Source: Desulfurococcaceae archaeon (GTDB taxonomy: Archaea; Thermoproteota; Thermoprotei_A; Sulfolobales; Desulfurococcaceae). Taken from it: DNA of 64,000 nt. Of the stretch, positions 9,268 through 19,033 are shown piece by piece. Within the stretch, counting starts at the first letter, position 1, and each line of letters starts with the position of its first letter. The notes below the pieces were generated by a model. The model was not told the DNA's origin. It saw only the letters and a list, made by a program, of their open reading frames with translations, and searched no databases. Made by a program: the position numbers and the translations under genes. Where the stretch lies: assembly GCA_038894495.1 (NCBI GenBank), contig JAWAPI010000001.1:13796-77795 (forward strand). The letters run 5' to 3'.

Positions 9268-9546
9268 ATGATGGCTAAGGTAGCAGTTATTATGAGAATT
9301 CTACCGGAAGATGTATCAATGAACACTGAGCAATTAGTTAATGAAATAAAAAGTAAACTACCAGAGCAATATAGTTTAAAAGCATGGGATGAGGAGCCTA
9401 TAGCATTTGGATTAAAAGCACTAAGAGTATTGATTACAATGCCAGAGGAGACAGAGGGTGGAACAGAGCCTCTTGAGCAATTAATAAGTCAAATACCAGG
9501 TGTAAGCCAAGTAGAAGTAGAGATGGTCCACAGAGTATTAGAATGA
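9268..9546 (+). CDS. ef1b: translation elongation factor aEF-1 beta
   Basis: MMAKVAVIMRILPED..EEPIAFGLKALRVLITMPEETEGGTEPLE..GVSQVEVEMVHRV. The track ORF start at 9220 overlaps the Zn-ribbon gene, so ATG 9268/9271 is preferred. Confidence 0.9.
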   Translation: MMAKVAVIMRILPEDVSMNTEQLVNEIKSKLPEQYSLKAWDEEPIAFGLKALRVLITMPEETEGGTEPLEQLISQIPGVSQVEVEMVHRVLE

Positions 9547-9739
9547 AGTGATTACAAAGTATCAAACGTAGTATAATTTTCAAATCTTTGTCATTTATTA
9601 ATTAACCCCTCATGATGCGGGCCTTCTCAGCATATTTATCAGAGGTATTTACTAACCCGGGTTCTCTCTTCATCGGGTTTGTTAATAAATTACTTAGTTT
9701 CCTTAATAAGTAACATTGTTGATCATGTTCATTCAGAAT

Positions 9740-10318
9740 CTAGGGTTTTTCTTTCTCTCTCCAGAGCTCAGTCATTCTCTTTCTTCTTAACGTAAACATC
9801 TCCCGATCCACATATCTATAGACAGTAGAGTGCATTCTTCCCTCGACAAGCATTTCAACTGCTTTTTTAGCAATATTCGATGTCTCGTAGTCACCTATAA
9901 TAGCCACGTATGGTTCGTAAATAGATATATATGTCCCTGTTAACTCCTCAAGTATTTTCCTAGCTTTTCCCTCTTCACCGATCACTCTACCTAGAACTCG
10001 TTTTAAATGGTTAGGTTTATCACCTACATATTGTCTTACATCAACTATCTCTAATATTTGATCTTCTTCGAGCAATCTAAATGCTCTTTCAGGGCTAAAT
10101 CCATGTCCTATTGCTTTCACAATGTTCTGAGCCTTCATTAATTCAAATGCTGTTGTATCCGGGAAAGCAGGCTCAATGATCACAGTCCCTGTATCTCTAT
10201 CAATAGTCAATATAGTTCTTGTCTTCTCCTCGATTTCTTTCTTCACGACTCCATTATGACCTAAAAGAACTCCAATCCTCTCGGGAGGTACTTTCTCATA
10301 TAACCTGGTAACTCCCAT
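9740..10318 (-). CDS. KH-domain RNA-binding protein (Dim2/Pno1-like ribosome assembly factor)
   Basis: IGVLLGHNGVVKKEIEEKT and VIGEEGKARKILEELTG are KH-type GxxG segments. The conserved aIF1A-Rio1-KH gene order is present. An ATG at 10318-10316 overlaps the rio1 TAA by 1 nt (TAATG). Confidence 0.75.
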   Translation of the reverse strand: MGVTRLYEKVPPERIGVLLGHNGVVKKEIEEKTRTILTIDRDTGTVIIEPAFPDTTAFELMKAQNIVKAIGHGFSPERAFRLLEEDQILEIVDVRQYVGDKPNHLKRVLGRVIGEEGKARKILEELTGTYISIYEPYVAIIGDYETSNIAKKAVEMLVEGRMHSTVYRYVDREMFTLRRKRMTELWREKEKP

Positions 10319-11136
10319 TATAAACTTTCCTTTCTCTTCTCTAGACACGTTAAAACCCTCTTAGTTACATCTTCCTGGTTATTGATTTCAACCTTAGCTT
10401 CTTTAATAAAAAACCTAAATATGTTCTCGATATCTCTCTTTAAAAGCTCATATGCATTAGGGTGTTGTATATCAACAGCCTGGCTCACATCGATCACTAC
10501 TATGTCGAGATCTGGTTTTACAACGATATTGTACTCAGAGAAATCTCCATGAACAAGCCTCGCTAAGCACACTATTTTTTCAAGCTCCTCAATTATTTGT
10601 TTAAATATATAATTTAGCTCGTCTATGTCGAGCTCTCTGAATACTTCAACTAATAGGGGGTATCTATATCTATCCTCTCCTAGAAACTCCATTACTAATA
10701 CATTATTCAAGCAAGCTATTGGGCGAGGTGTCTTAACTCCTACTTCATGCATTCTCACGAGGTTTTTAAATTCCTTCCTCGACCATGCAAATATTAGATC
10801 TCTCATGTCTTTTAGTTTTAGATCAGTGAAACGAGGATCTCCAATAATGTATTTATAAATACTTTTTCTAAACTCAGCTGATGAAACAAGATATATTTTC
10901 AAAGCTAATGGGTTACCTAGCTTGTCATATCCAAGGTAAATTTTTGACTCTTTACCAGCACTTATAACTCCACTTACTTTTTGAATAATACCTCTTCTAC
11001 GAAGCTCAATGATAGTCATTATAGTAGAGTGGTCGAAAACCTCGTCAACTACCTCGAATAAATCCCTATCTTTAATCCTCTCTTCCCAGTCTTTTGTTGC
11101 TTCTCGTATCAATCGATCTATCTCATCTTGTTTCAT
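10318..11136 (-). CDS. rio1: RIO-type serine/threonine protein kinase (Rio1)
   Basis: RIO domain: ISAGKESKIY, ALKIY, LVHGDFSEYNIV, VIDVSQAV. Confidence 0.85.
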   Translation of the reverse strand: MKQDEIDRLIREATKDWEERIKDRDLFEVVDEVFDHSTIMTIIELRRRGIIQKVSGVISAGKESKIYLGYDKLGNPLALKIYLVSSAEFRKSIYKYIIGDPRFTDLKLKDMRDLIFAWSRKEFKNLVRMHEVGVKTPRPIACLNNVLVMEFLGEDRYRYPLLVEVFRELDIDELNYIFKQIIEELEKIVCLARLVHGDFSEYNIVVKPDLDIVVIDVSQAVDIQHPNAYELLKRDIENIFRFFIKEAKVEINNQEDVTKRVLTCLEKRKESL

Positions 11137-11471
11137 ATGATTCCACTTAGTGCGTCAATAAATTCTTTTGGCACAATCTTCATCTCTATTAACTTATTGA
11201 TCTCGTTTCTACTATACTTGTGTATAATGTCTCCTTTATCTGAGCTAGGAGCCCATAGCCCCACGAGAACAAGATCACCTTCCATAATCCAGGTTTTCTT
11301 TCTCATCTTACCTGGGATTCTTGCTTTTCTATCATAGCCATCTAGGCACTTTACAAGTAGAAAGTCTCCTCCAAGGTGTCTTATCACACCACATATGATG
11401 GTAGCTTCCTCTGTGCTTGGCAACGGGATAGTTGAATGTTTCTCCTCGTCTAAGCCCTTTCTCTTACTCAA
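11133..11471 (-). CDS. eif1a: translation initiation factor aIF-1A
   Basis: S1-like OB: ICGVIRHLGGDFLLVKCLDGYDRKARIPGKMRKKTWIMEGDLVLV. Confidence 0.9.
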   Translation of the reverse strand: MSKRKGLDEEKHSTIPLPSTEEATIICGVIRHLGGDFLLVKCLDGYDRKARIPGKMRKKTWIMEGDLVLVGLWAPSSDKGDIIHKYSRNEINKLIEMKIVPKEFIDALSGII

Positions 11472-12527
11472 TTAACCACCTTTCTTCCTAGGTACTATTG
11501 TTTCTATGTTATCAGCTTTTATTAATATTATCTGGTCACCTATTTTCAAGTTCTTTAATCTATCTATCGCTCTTAGAGTTATTGTTTCCTTCGTAGCTGG
11601 GTTTTCAATTATTAATTGAGTATCATGAATATCCCTTACATAGAGAACTTCTTGTTCAACTCTGAGAGGTTGTTTTAACTCATTTTTCCAATATGATTTG
11701 ATATCTATTTCTTTAAGCTCACCGAGTTCCGGTATTTCAATTATTAACTTATCTCTATCAATAGCTCTCACTATTCCAAGTTTATTTCTGTATATTACTA
11801 CCTCGTCTTCGTTAAAAACAGGTATACGTGCGACATAAGTAGTAACTCCAATCCACTTACCCTGAGAGGGATCAAACCTTGTTGGTTTAAAAGACGAGGT
11901 TATCTTAGCAGAGTAGTTCTTGGAGAGTGATTCTATTATCTTCCTTGTAGTGGTTGCATCGTCAAGCTCGATATCAACACCCTCTTCTAGTTCTTTAATA
12001 TCTACTATTGATTCTCTATGTATGTTTAGGGAAAGTAGCGATAGGATATCATTTATGATAGCACGTGGATAATTCCTACTTGTGAATCTTACTTGTACTA
12101 GATGAGTATACTTACCTATTGTTCTTGAGACACATTTAGGGCACTTGTTATATTCTACTCTAACACTATATTCTTGTGATAGAGATACGGGTTTCTCATC
12201 GACTACTAGAGCGAGTTTAATCCTTACCTTGATATTTGATTGATCAATGTAGTTATAACTATCTATTTCCATGTCTTCTAATTTAACACCATCTATAAGG
12301 TATTTAACAAGCTCACTCCTGATAACGTGCTCTACGGCATCTATGTCAAGTGTTAGGGGATACCATTCCCCCTTATGATACCATGAGGAGCAAACAGGGC
12401 ACTTTACAAGCTTGTAATCAGGTGTCTTTTTAAATACATTGACATATTTAATAAAGCAATCTGGGCAGTATCCCCTTATTAGCTCTGATCGCGGCATCTC
12501 TTTACCGCATCTTATACAAAACCACAA
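11472..12527 (-). CDS. nmd3: NMD3-family protein (60S subunit biogenesis/export homologue)
   Basis: N-terminal CxxC..CxxC (CIRCGK..CPDCF, CPVCSS) and archaeal NMD3-like length and neighbourhood. Confidence 0.7.
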   Translation of the reverse strand: MWFCIRCGKEMPRSELIRGYCPDCFIKYVNVFKKTPDYKLVKCPVCSSWYHKGEWYPLTLDIDAVEHVIRSELVKYLIDGVKLEDMEIDSYNYIDQSNIKVRIKLALVVDEKPVSLSQEYSVRVEYNKCPKCVSRTIGKYTHLVQVRFTSRNYPRAIINDILSLLSLNIHRESIVDIKELEEGVDIELDDATTTRKIIESLSKNYSAKITSSFKPTRFDPSQGKWIGVTTYVARIPVFNEDEVVIYRNKLGIVRAIDRDKLIIEIPELGELKEIDIKSYWKNELKQPLRVEQEVLYVRDIHDTQLIIENPATKETITLRAIDRLKNLKIGDQIILIKADNIETIVPRKKGG

Positions 12528-12530
12528 GCT

Positions 12531-12845
12531 CTAAACCCTTGTAAACAACGCTATAGGGACATCTTCAACGTGGAGTATAGCCTCTGGATGTATATAGCCA
12601 GCTTGCAACGCGGCTTCAACTACTTTCCTACCTACAAGTGTTGCATTTGAAGCTATTTTCAAGTGATCTAGAAGGTATTGTATATCTCTTAGATCGCCTT
12701 TGAAGTAGTTTGGATCTACGTGAAACCTTATCTTGCGAGATAGATCCACCAGGATCTTGTCTAACACCTCTGGGTCGCATGCTGCGATAATTGTTTCATT
12801 TTCAAACTCGTATATCTTTATATATACTTTATCATCATTAGGCAT
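12531..12845 (-). CDS. DUF424 domain protein
   Basis: VYIKIYEFENETIIAACDPEVLDK..YFKGD..ATLVGRKVVEAALQAGYIHPEAILHVEDVPIA fits the DUF424 pattern. It lies between aIF2beta and NMD3, as in other archaea. Confidence 0.65.
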   Translation of the reverse strand: MPNDDKVYIKIYEFENETIIAACDPEVLDKILVDLSRKIRFHVDPNYFKGDLRDIQYLLDHLKIASNATLVGRKVVEAALQAGYIHPEAILHVEDVPIALFTRV

Positions 12846-12853
12846 TCATATCA

Positions 12854-13288
12854 CTAGAGCGCTTGAAACGTTGTCTCGGCACCACATGCTTCGCATTTTA
12901 AGACAAATACCTTGCCTTTCTTTGATAGCTTTGTATGAGCTGAGCTACATGTTGAGCATTTAACATATTTCTGGACAAATCTCTCCAGTAGTTGATTAAT
13001 TGCCAAGGCGTTAAATTTTCCTCTAAGCTCTAATTGCCCAGCTTCATTTATAGAACCAGGTACATTGAGTTCTTTCATAAAGTATCTTTTTAGTAATTCC
13101 TCGTCTCTGTTTATTAAGTGAGCAATATCTCTGAAGTTTTGTATAATTGTCTTGCCACCAATCACCAGCACAGTTGCTTTTGGTATTTCAAAAACTTCCC
13201 CGCTTCCCTTTCTACCAGCTAGTTTTTCAAATGCACGATCTAGTAGCTCGATATATTTATATCCACGTATACTCATCGATGAAAGCAC
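12854..13288 (-). CDS. eif2b: translation initiation factor aIF-2 beta subunit
   Basis: YIELLDRAFEKL.., C-terminal zinc ribbon YVKCSTCSS..LKCEACG. Confidence 0.9.
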   Translation of the reverse strand: MLSSMSIRGYKYIELLDRAFEKLAGRKGSGEVFEIPKATVLVIGGKTIIQNFRDIAHLINRDEELLKRYFMKELNVPGSINEAGQLELRGKFNALAINQLLERFVQKYVKCSTCSSAHTKLSKKGKVFVLKCEACGAETTFQAL

Positions 13289-13375
13289 CTATATGTATAC
13301 TTCATAATATCTAACTAATAAGGGACTATTATATTAACAAAGTAACACGACTATAAGATAGGGACATTCAAAGCC

Positions 13376-14662
13376 ATGGTCAAGGTATACATTGAGACAT
13401 ATGGTTGCGCGCTAAATAGAAGTGATGAGGCATTGATGAAGCATATTTTAGTATCTCGAGGACACGAGATAGTAGATAATGTTGATCTCGCCGATGTAGT
13501 TATAATTAACACATGTATAGTTAGACAAGACACAGAGCTTAAAATGATCAGTAGAATTAAGGAACTAGGACACTATTGCGTGAAAACTAGTAAGAAGCTA
13601 GTGGTAGCAGGATGTATGGCTAAGACTCACCCATACACGATAAACATAGTTACTCCATTCGCCTCCTTAGTATCTCCCCAGAACGCCTATAAGATAGAAA
13701 TTCCAGTTGAGTTATCTTCGAGAGTTATCTTAGTTAATGGTAGAAGACCGAGGGATTTAATAGGAGTACATCTTAATTCACGCATTGTTCAGATACCGAT
13801 ACAGGAAGGTTGTCTAAGCAATTGTAGTTTCTGCATAACAAAACATGCAAGAAGAGAGCTAGTAAGTCACAGTATCGAAGCTATCGTGAACAGTGTTAAA
13901 GAAGCAGTAAAGAGAGGAGCAGTCGAGATAGAGTTAACTGGAATGGATCTAGGTACATATGGAGTAGACTTGTATAGGAAGCGAAAACTGCCTCAACTTC
14001 TCTCAAGAATCATCGAGAGTGTTAAGGGAAATTATATGCTAAGAATTGGTATGATAAACCCAGAGCACATGAGTGAAATGCTTGATGAGCTAGTTGACGT
14101 AGTAGCAAGCTCACCAAGTATATACAAGTTCTTCCATATACCACTTCAATCAGGTAGCGATAAGATGCTCAAGGTAATGAATAGGAGATACACTGTTGAT
14201 GAATATAGATATGTTATAAAAGAGATGAAGAAGAAAATACCTGATGTTAGTATTGCTACTGATATAATAGTTGGACATCCAGGCGAGGATGAAGACGACT
14301 TTGAGCAAACATTAAAGATTATTAGAGAACTAGAGTTTGAGAGAGTACACTTAGCGGGATACAGCATTAGGCCTTTAACTCTCTCTGCTTCAATGCCTTC
14401 TTTAAACACGCGGATTAAGAAAGAACGTGTTAAAAAAGCACTAGAGGTCGTAGAGGAGGTTGGATTAAGAGCTAGACAGAAATACTTGCACAGAACGGTT
14501 AGATGCTATGTAACAGAGAAGTCTAATACATGGGTAGCTAGACTAGAAAACTACATACCAGTGGTTTTAAAAACAGCGAGCAATAAGTTGGATTACGGTA
14601 CATGGGTACATGCATATATTGATGAAATAACCTTTTTTGATATAAGAGGATATACTAGCTAG
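13376..14662 (+). CDS. radical-SAM methylthiotransferase, MiaB/MtaB-like (archaeal type)
   Basis: UPF0004 N-domain VYIETYGCALNRSDE, radical SAM CLSNCSFCITKHARR, C-terminal TRAM-like region. Confidence 0.85.
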   Translation: MVKVYIETYGCALNRSDEALMKHILVSRGHEIVDNVDLADVVIINTCIVRQDTELKMISRIKELGHYCVKTSKKLVVAGCMAKTHPYTINIVTPFASLVSPQNAYKIEIPVELSSRVILVNGRRPRDLIGVHLNSRIVQIPIQEGCLSNCSFCITKHARRELVSHSIEAIVNSVKEAVKRGAVEIELTGMDLGTYGVDLYRKRKLPQLLSRIIESVKGNYMLRIGMINPEHMSEMLDELVDVVASSPSIYKFFHIPLQSGSDKMLKVMNRRYTVDEYRYVIKEMKKKIPDVSIATDIIVGHPGEDEDDFEQTLKIIRELEFERVHLAGYSIRPLTLSASMPSLNTRIKKERVKKALEVVEEVGLRARQKYLHRTVRCYVTEKSNTWVARLENYIPVVLKTASNKLDYGTWVHAYIDEITFFDIRGYTS

Positions 14663-15335
14663 TAGTAGTAACACCCTTAATCTTTGCTAGAAATTTCTCA
14701 TCTTGAGATAGTATAAACAATGTATATCCCGGGACAAGCTCCAGGTCCTGGGTAGGTGGTATTAGTTCTTTTCCATTAAATACCATTAATATAAAGCAGT
14801 TATCTTCCTCTAAGTGTAGTTCTTCAAGCCTTGTGTAAGCAGCTAAATCATCTTCCTTGATAGTGACAAAGTATAACTTATACTCTCCTGTTGGAACCTG
14901 TGAAACTATTTGTGGAGTTGTAAGCGACGTCATCATTTGCTTTATAACCCCGGCAGTAATAGCTGGCTTAACAATTGGTATTCCAAGTTTAAGCCTGTTC
15001 ACGATCTCTGCTATTTTCTCATCTTTGAAAACCCCTATTCGAATAGGGATACCATATTGAGTGGCGATAGCTAAAACTAGAAAGTTTGTCTCATCTCTAT
15101 TAGTCAGAGCGAGAACTATATCGATCTCTTTCATGTTAAGATGCTCATATATTGATGTATTAGCAGCATCTCCCTCAATAACAAGGATATCTCCAAGTCT
15201 CTCTAAGGCAGGTTTTCTTCCAGGGCTAGACTCGACTATAACTACCTGGTCAATAATTTCGCGTATAACTCCATCTTTAAGTAATAACTCAGCAGTATCT
15301 CCGCCACCAGCTATTAAAATATTAAACTTAGCCAA
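14655..15335 (-). CDS. trkA: TrkA-family K+ transport regulatory protein (TrkA-N + TrkA-C)
   Basis: NILIAGGGDTAELL Rossmann start, ..VIEGDAANTSI..ALTNRDETN.., C-terminal TrkA-C-like half. Confidence 0.7.
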   Translation of the reverse strand: MAKFNILIAGGGDTAELLLKDGVIREIIDQVVIVESSPGRKPALERLGDILVIEGDAANTSIYEHLNMKEIDIVLALTNRDETNFLVLAIATQYGIPIRIGVFKDEKIAEIVNRLKLGIPIVKPAITAGVIKQMMTSLTTPQIVSQVPTGEYKLYFVTIKEDDLAAYTRLEELHLEEDNCFILMVFNGKELIPPTQDLELVPGYTLFILSQDEKFLAKIKGVTTTS

Positions 15336-15495
15336 AACACCACCAAATAAATATATTACAATGATACATTTTAGCGATATTTAATCTTATAAATTCACTC
15401 GGTAGAATATATTCGTAGCAACGAGAAAGAGCATAATGGAGAGTATATAAAGTTAAAAATATAAATTTCTAAAACCACACATATGATAACACAGT

Positions 15496-15590
15496 GGGCC
15501 CGTCGCCTAGCCAGGATAGGGCGCCGGCCTTCTAAGCAGGCCGGTTGCGTAGATAGCCGGAGGACCCGGGTTCGAATCCCGGCGGGCCCG
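15496..15590 (+). tRNA. tRNA-Arg (UCU) with 20-nt intron at 37/38
   Basis: GGGCCCG acceptor, D arm GCCT..GGGC, anticodon stem CCGGC/GCCGG, loop CUUCUA|intron 15535-15554 (AGCAGGCCGGUUGCGUAGAU)|A, T arm CCGGG-TTCGAAT-CCCGG. Confidence 0.85.
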
Positions 15591-15648
15591 CATCGTTTCA
15601 ACTGTAATTCTACTCTATGTATGTTTACTAGGAAAACTCAAAATAGAT

Positions 15649-18405
15649 CTATTTAATGCATAGTGTATCTCTAAGGGCATTTACCAATAGGTCCTTGCTT
15701 ATTACCTTTGGTGTTTTTACTATGACATGGTCTGGTTTACCACCTCCTTTGACATTGAGGGGAGATAAGAGCTCCACTACTCGTCTCAAATCGATATTAT
15801 GATCTTTTGCTTTACTTGGATTAATTGATAACTCTATGTTGTTTTCAACGAGTATCACACTTAGAATACCCCGTTTGAATACTAGCTCGTCTACTAGTCG
15901 ATCTATTAGTTTACTGTCAAGTGCTGGTAACTCGATTATTGAAACATCTATTCCACATAGATCTAACTTCTCTCTAAGTGCTTTATTAAGTAATTCTTTT
16001 TCCACGAGATCTCTGTAGATGTTAAGTAAATTCAATTGTTCTTGGTACTCGCCATGGAGTTTCTTAACGGCGGAGACAAGGTCTTGGTCTTTTGTATTGA
16101 TAATTGAGAGTGCACGTGCTCTTTGATCCTCTAACTCAGCTATATAATCAACGAGACGAGGTCCTGATATAAACTCTAATCTTATAACACCATCTTGAAT
16201 TCTCTCATGATTTATGATTTTAATACCACCAACCTCAGCTGTGTTGTATAGATGTGTCCCGAAGCATGCTTGTGCATCCCAGCCTGGTATTTCAACAATT
16301 CTAAGTGTTTGGGAGTGTATTGCTCCGCCTTGATGAATGCTTGTGCCGTATATTTTTTCGGCATTGAATCTATCGATATATTTAAATCTCAAGTCTATTC
16401 TCTCGTTTACTATATTATTAGCTACTTTTTCAATCTCTTTGACTAGATCAGTGGTTAATGCCTTGTGATGAGTTATATCTAGGCGAGCTTTTTCAACTGT
16501 TTTCTCGGCGCCAGCCTGCCATACATGGTTGCCTAGAACTTTTCTCGCTGCAGCTAGGATAACGTGTGTTGCAGTGTGATGTCTCATTAGCCTATATCTT
16601 CTATCCCAGTTTATTTCAACACGAACACTACTTCCCGGCTTTAGATTCGGGGGGCGATCCAGCACATGTATTATTACATCACCTACTTTACCCACGTATA
16701 TAATCCTATAAGTATCCAGCCCGTGAACTATAATGCCTTCATCGTGGTCTTGACCACCTGCCCATGGATATGAAATAGTTTGATTCAATATCAAATATTG
16801 TCCTTTTACCCCAAGCACTGTTGCCTCGGTTGAAGTCAAATATGGATTCTCATGAAATAATCTTCTTGTCTCGGGATATTCAAGAGCCCATTTAACGACC
16901 TCATCTGGTAATTCATGTTCCTTGATCTTAGCGAAGACTCTGGGGGATGAATGTCGTGATGCTATCATAGAGTAAAAGTCTCTTGGAACATCTATTATTA
17001 CACCATATTGAGCAGCACGCTCAGCTATAAACTCAGGGGGGATCCCATGCGAATCATATAGCTCCACTAGATCATCAACTGTTAGTGTTTTCTTCTTTTT
17101 AATGATCCTATCTACTACTTCAACACCCTTTAAAACGGTGCTAATGAATTTATTTGTCTCTACTGTTAGTGTATCCACTATGTAGTCCTTGTGCAAGGCG
17201 AACTTGCCATAGACATAGTCGCTTCTCCAGTAATTTACTTGTTTATCAACAAGTAGTAGCAAGGTATCAAGTAGCTTATGGTAATCGATCCCTAGTTTAA
17301 TGAGGTTTCTAAGTAGCCTTCTTATAACTAGTCTAGCTAAGTAGCCTTCACCAGTATTAGATGGAACAATACCATCTGATAACATAAGAGAGATAGTTCG
17401 AACATGGTCTAGTATGCTATATACGTATACAGAGTCAATGATCTTCTTGACGTATTCTTTGAATCCTGCTTTTTCTATCTGATTTGCAAAATCTTCTACT
17501 CCAGCTATCTCTTTATCACTTAGTAAATACACGATCTCTTTAAGTGTCTCGGGTGGAGGCTCTTCTACTCCAAGATAATCCATATATTCATTAACTAGTT
17601 TCCCATATATTGCATGGAATCCTGTTGGTGTTCTCTGAGTAAACCAAGCAATTCTCTCGATTCCATATCCACAATCAACTACAAGAGTGGGATTAGGCTC
17701 ATACTTACCATTCAGGACTTTGTAAGCCATGTGAACTAGAGTTGCTACCTCCATTCCGTCGATTAATACCTCGGGTGCTGGACCAGCATTGCCGCCGCCC
17801 TCCCACCATCCTTCCTTGAAGACTAGGTCATCTAGATCTACGCCTAATTCATTAGTGAAGAACTCTATGGTGTTATCAAATATCCTATCTGACCAGTATA
17901 TGAACTTGTCTTTCTTGTTAAAAGCATGCATTCCACCCATTTCGAAGCTTGAAAGGTGTCTACCAAATGTTAAACCCACATTATCTATATCAGTTAACCT
18001 AATAGAGGGTTGGATGATAACTAGTGGGTTGTAGGGTGGATCTATTAAACCATCCGTCGCCTCTGGCTGGAACACAACAATTGATGCTATTGTTAAGTAG
18101 AGATCGTTTCTCCACTTTGCTAGAACTGGGTATGGATCAATGACTCCATGCCCTTTTCTTTCCAAGAACTCGATAAATCTTGACCGAGCCTCGCTTATGC
18201 TAAGAGCCTTTACCCTACTATAGTTCTTAACTAGAAACTCATATTTACTGCAAGGCCTATCCGGACACGTCTCTCTAGGTATACGACTCCAGAAATACTC
18301 TCCACATATCTTACACTTGTATCTCCTATATCCATATTGCTTACTCAGGTATTCATAGCTAACCTCAGCATTCACATGAAACACCAAGCTAATATCAGTT
18401 AACAA
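15649..18405 (-). CDS. alaS: alanyl-tRNA synthetase
   Basis: 918 aa. Archaeal AlaRS N-terminus with a Cys cluster, editing-domain HxxxH (MRHHTATHVI) and C..H motif (ACFGTHL). Confidence 0.95.
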   Translation of the reverse strand: MLTDISLVFHVNAEVSYEYLSKQYGYRRYKCKICGEYFWSRIPRETCPDRPCSKYEFLVKNYSRVKALSISEARSRFIEFLERKGHGVIDPYPVLAKWRNDLYLTIASIVVFQPEATDGLIDPPYNPLVIIQPSIRLTDIDNVGLTFGRHLSSFEMGGMHAFNKKDKFIYWSDRIFDNTIEFFTNELGVDLDDLVFKEGWWEGGGNAGPAPEVLIDGMEVATLVHMAYKVLNGKYEPNPTLVVDCGYGIERIAWFTQRTPTGFHAIYGKLVNEYMDYLGVEEPPPETLKEIVYLLSDKEIAGVEDFANQIEKAGFKEYVKKIIDSVYVYSILDHVRTISLMLSDGIVPSNTGEGYLARLVIRRLLRNLIKLGIDYHKLLDTLLLLVDKQVNYWRSDYVYGKFALHKDYIVDTLTVETNKFISTVLKGVEVVDRIIKKKKTLTVDDLVELYDSHGIPPEFIAERAAQYGVIIDVPRDFYSMIASRHSSPRVFAKIKEHELPDEVVKWALEYPETRRLFHENPYLTSTEATVLGVKGQYLILNQTISYPWAGGQDHDEGIIVHGLDTYRIIYVGKVGDVIIHVLDRPPNLKPGSSVRVEINWDRRYRLMRHHTATHVILAAARKVLGNHVWQAGAEKTVEKARLDITHHKALTTDLVKEIEKVANNIVNERIDLRFKYIDRFNAEKIYGTSIHQGGAIHSQTLRIVEIPGWDAQACFGTHLYNTAEVGGIKIINHERIQDGVIRLEFISGPRLVDYIAELEDQRARALSIINTKDQDLVSAVKKLHGEYQEQLNLLNIYRDLVEKELLNKALREKLDLCGIDVSIIELPALDSKLIDRLVDELVFKRGILSVILVENNIELSINPSKAKDHNIDLRRVVELLSPLNVKGGGKPDHVIVKTPKVISKDLLVNALRDTLCIK

Positions 18406-18502
18406 TATATGGATAAGTAGTTATAAAATAACTAGAAAGCATGATAGATATGTTTCTATAAAACTAATGGTTTATTTTGTAAGCAAATAGCATCTGAAAA
18501 AC

Positions 18503-18633
18503 TCTCTTATCCGAATAGTGCTGCGAATCCTTCTGCTAATGCTTCTTCGCTTAGTTCTTTTGATTCTTCTTTCTTTTCTTCTTTCTTCTCCTCTTTTGGC
18601 TGCTCAGCTGTCACAGTGGCTGCTTGCACAGGT
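18503..18633. repeat. 131-nt perfect direct repeat, copy 1 (P1 C-terminal tail, stop and 4 nt)
   Basis: Identical to 18903-19033, exactly 400 nt away. Confidence 0.95.
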
Positions 18634-18848
18634 GCAGCTGTTACTGGTGCTACAAGGGCTTGTTCAAGGACCTTTGTTATATCTATGTTTTTTACAGCGG
18701 CAACAAGGGATTTCACTCTGACTTCGTCAATCTCTATACCAGCTGCTTCAAGAACCCTCTTTAGATTCTCCTCGTTTATCTCCTTACCTGCCTTGTAAAG
18801 CAATAATGTTGCATACACGTACTCTATATGCATCACCTCTTTATCCAA
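18507..18848 (-). CDS. rpl12: 50S ribosomal stalk protein P1 (L12e)
   Basis: [30 protein letters not shown].., acidic/Lys-rich tail ending [13 protein letters not shown]. The true start is possibly the internal Met (MHIEY, 18833). Confidence 0.9.
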   Translation of the reverse strand: MDKEVMHIEYVYATLLLYKAGKEINEENLKRVLEAAGIEIDEVRVKSLVAAVKNIDITKVLEQALVAPVTAAPVQAATVTAEQPKEEKKEEKKEESKELSEEALAEGFAALFG

Positions 18849-18902
18849 GCCTCTAGGTTAAGATGTATTAAAAGGTTTTTAAATACTCCGCGTGGTGGAG
18901 AT

Positions 18903-19033
18903 TCTCTTATCCGAATAGTGCTGCGAATCCTTCTGCTAATGCTTCTTCGCTTAGTTCTTTTGATTCTTCTTTCTTTTCTTCTTTCTTCTCCTCTTTTGGC
19001 TGCTCAGCTGTCACAGTGGCTGCTTGCACAGGT
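18903..19033. repeat. 131-nt perfect direct repeat, copy 2 (P0 C-terminal tail, stop and 4 nt)
   Basis: Identical to 18503-18633. Encodes [41 protein letters not shown]. Confidence 0.95.

Noticed and set aside
9547-9739. A 193-bp convergent intergenic gap (long for this genome) with C-box-like ATGATGC (9612-9618) and, on the other strand, GATGAAGA..CTGA..TGCTGA. I considered a box C/D sRNA.
   Set aside because: No arrangement on either strand gives RUGAUGA-N~12-CUGA spacing or a terminal D box. There is only a weak 6-bp hairpin (AACCCG..CGGGTT). The evidence is insufficient.
15395-15601. 68-aa minus-strand ORF.
   Set aside because: It is the reverse complement of the tRNA-Arg(UCU) gene plus flanks. 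The GC-rich tRNA sequence keeps the frame open.
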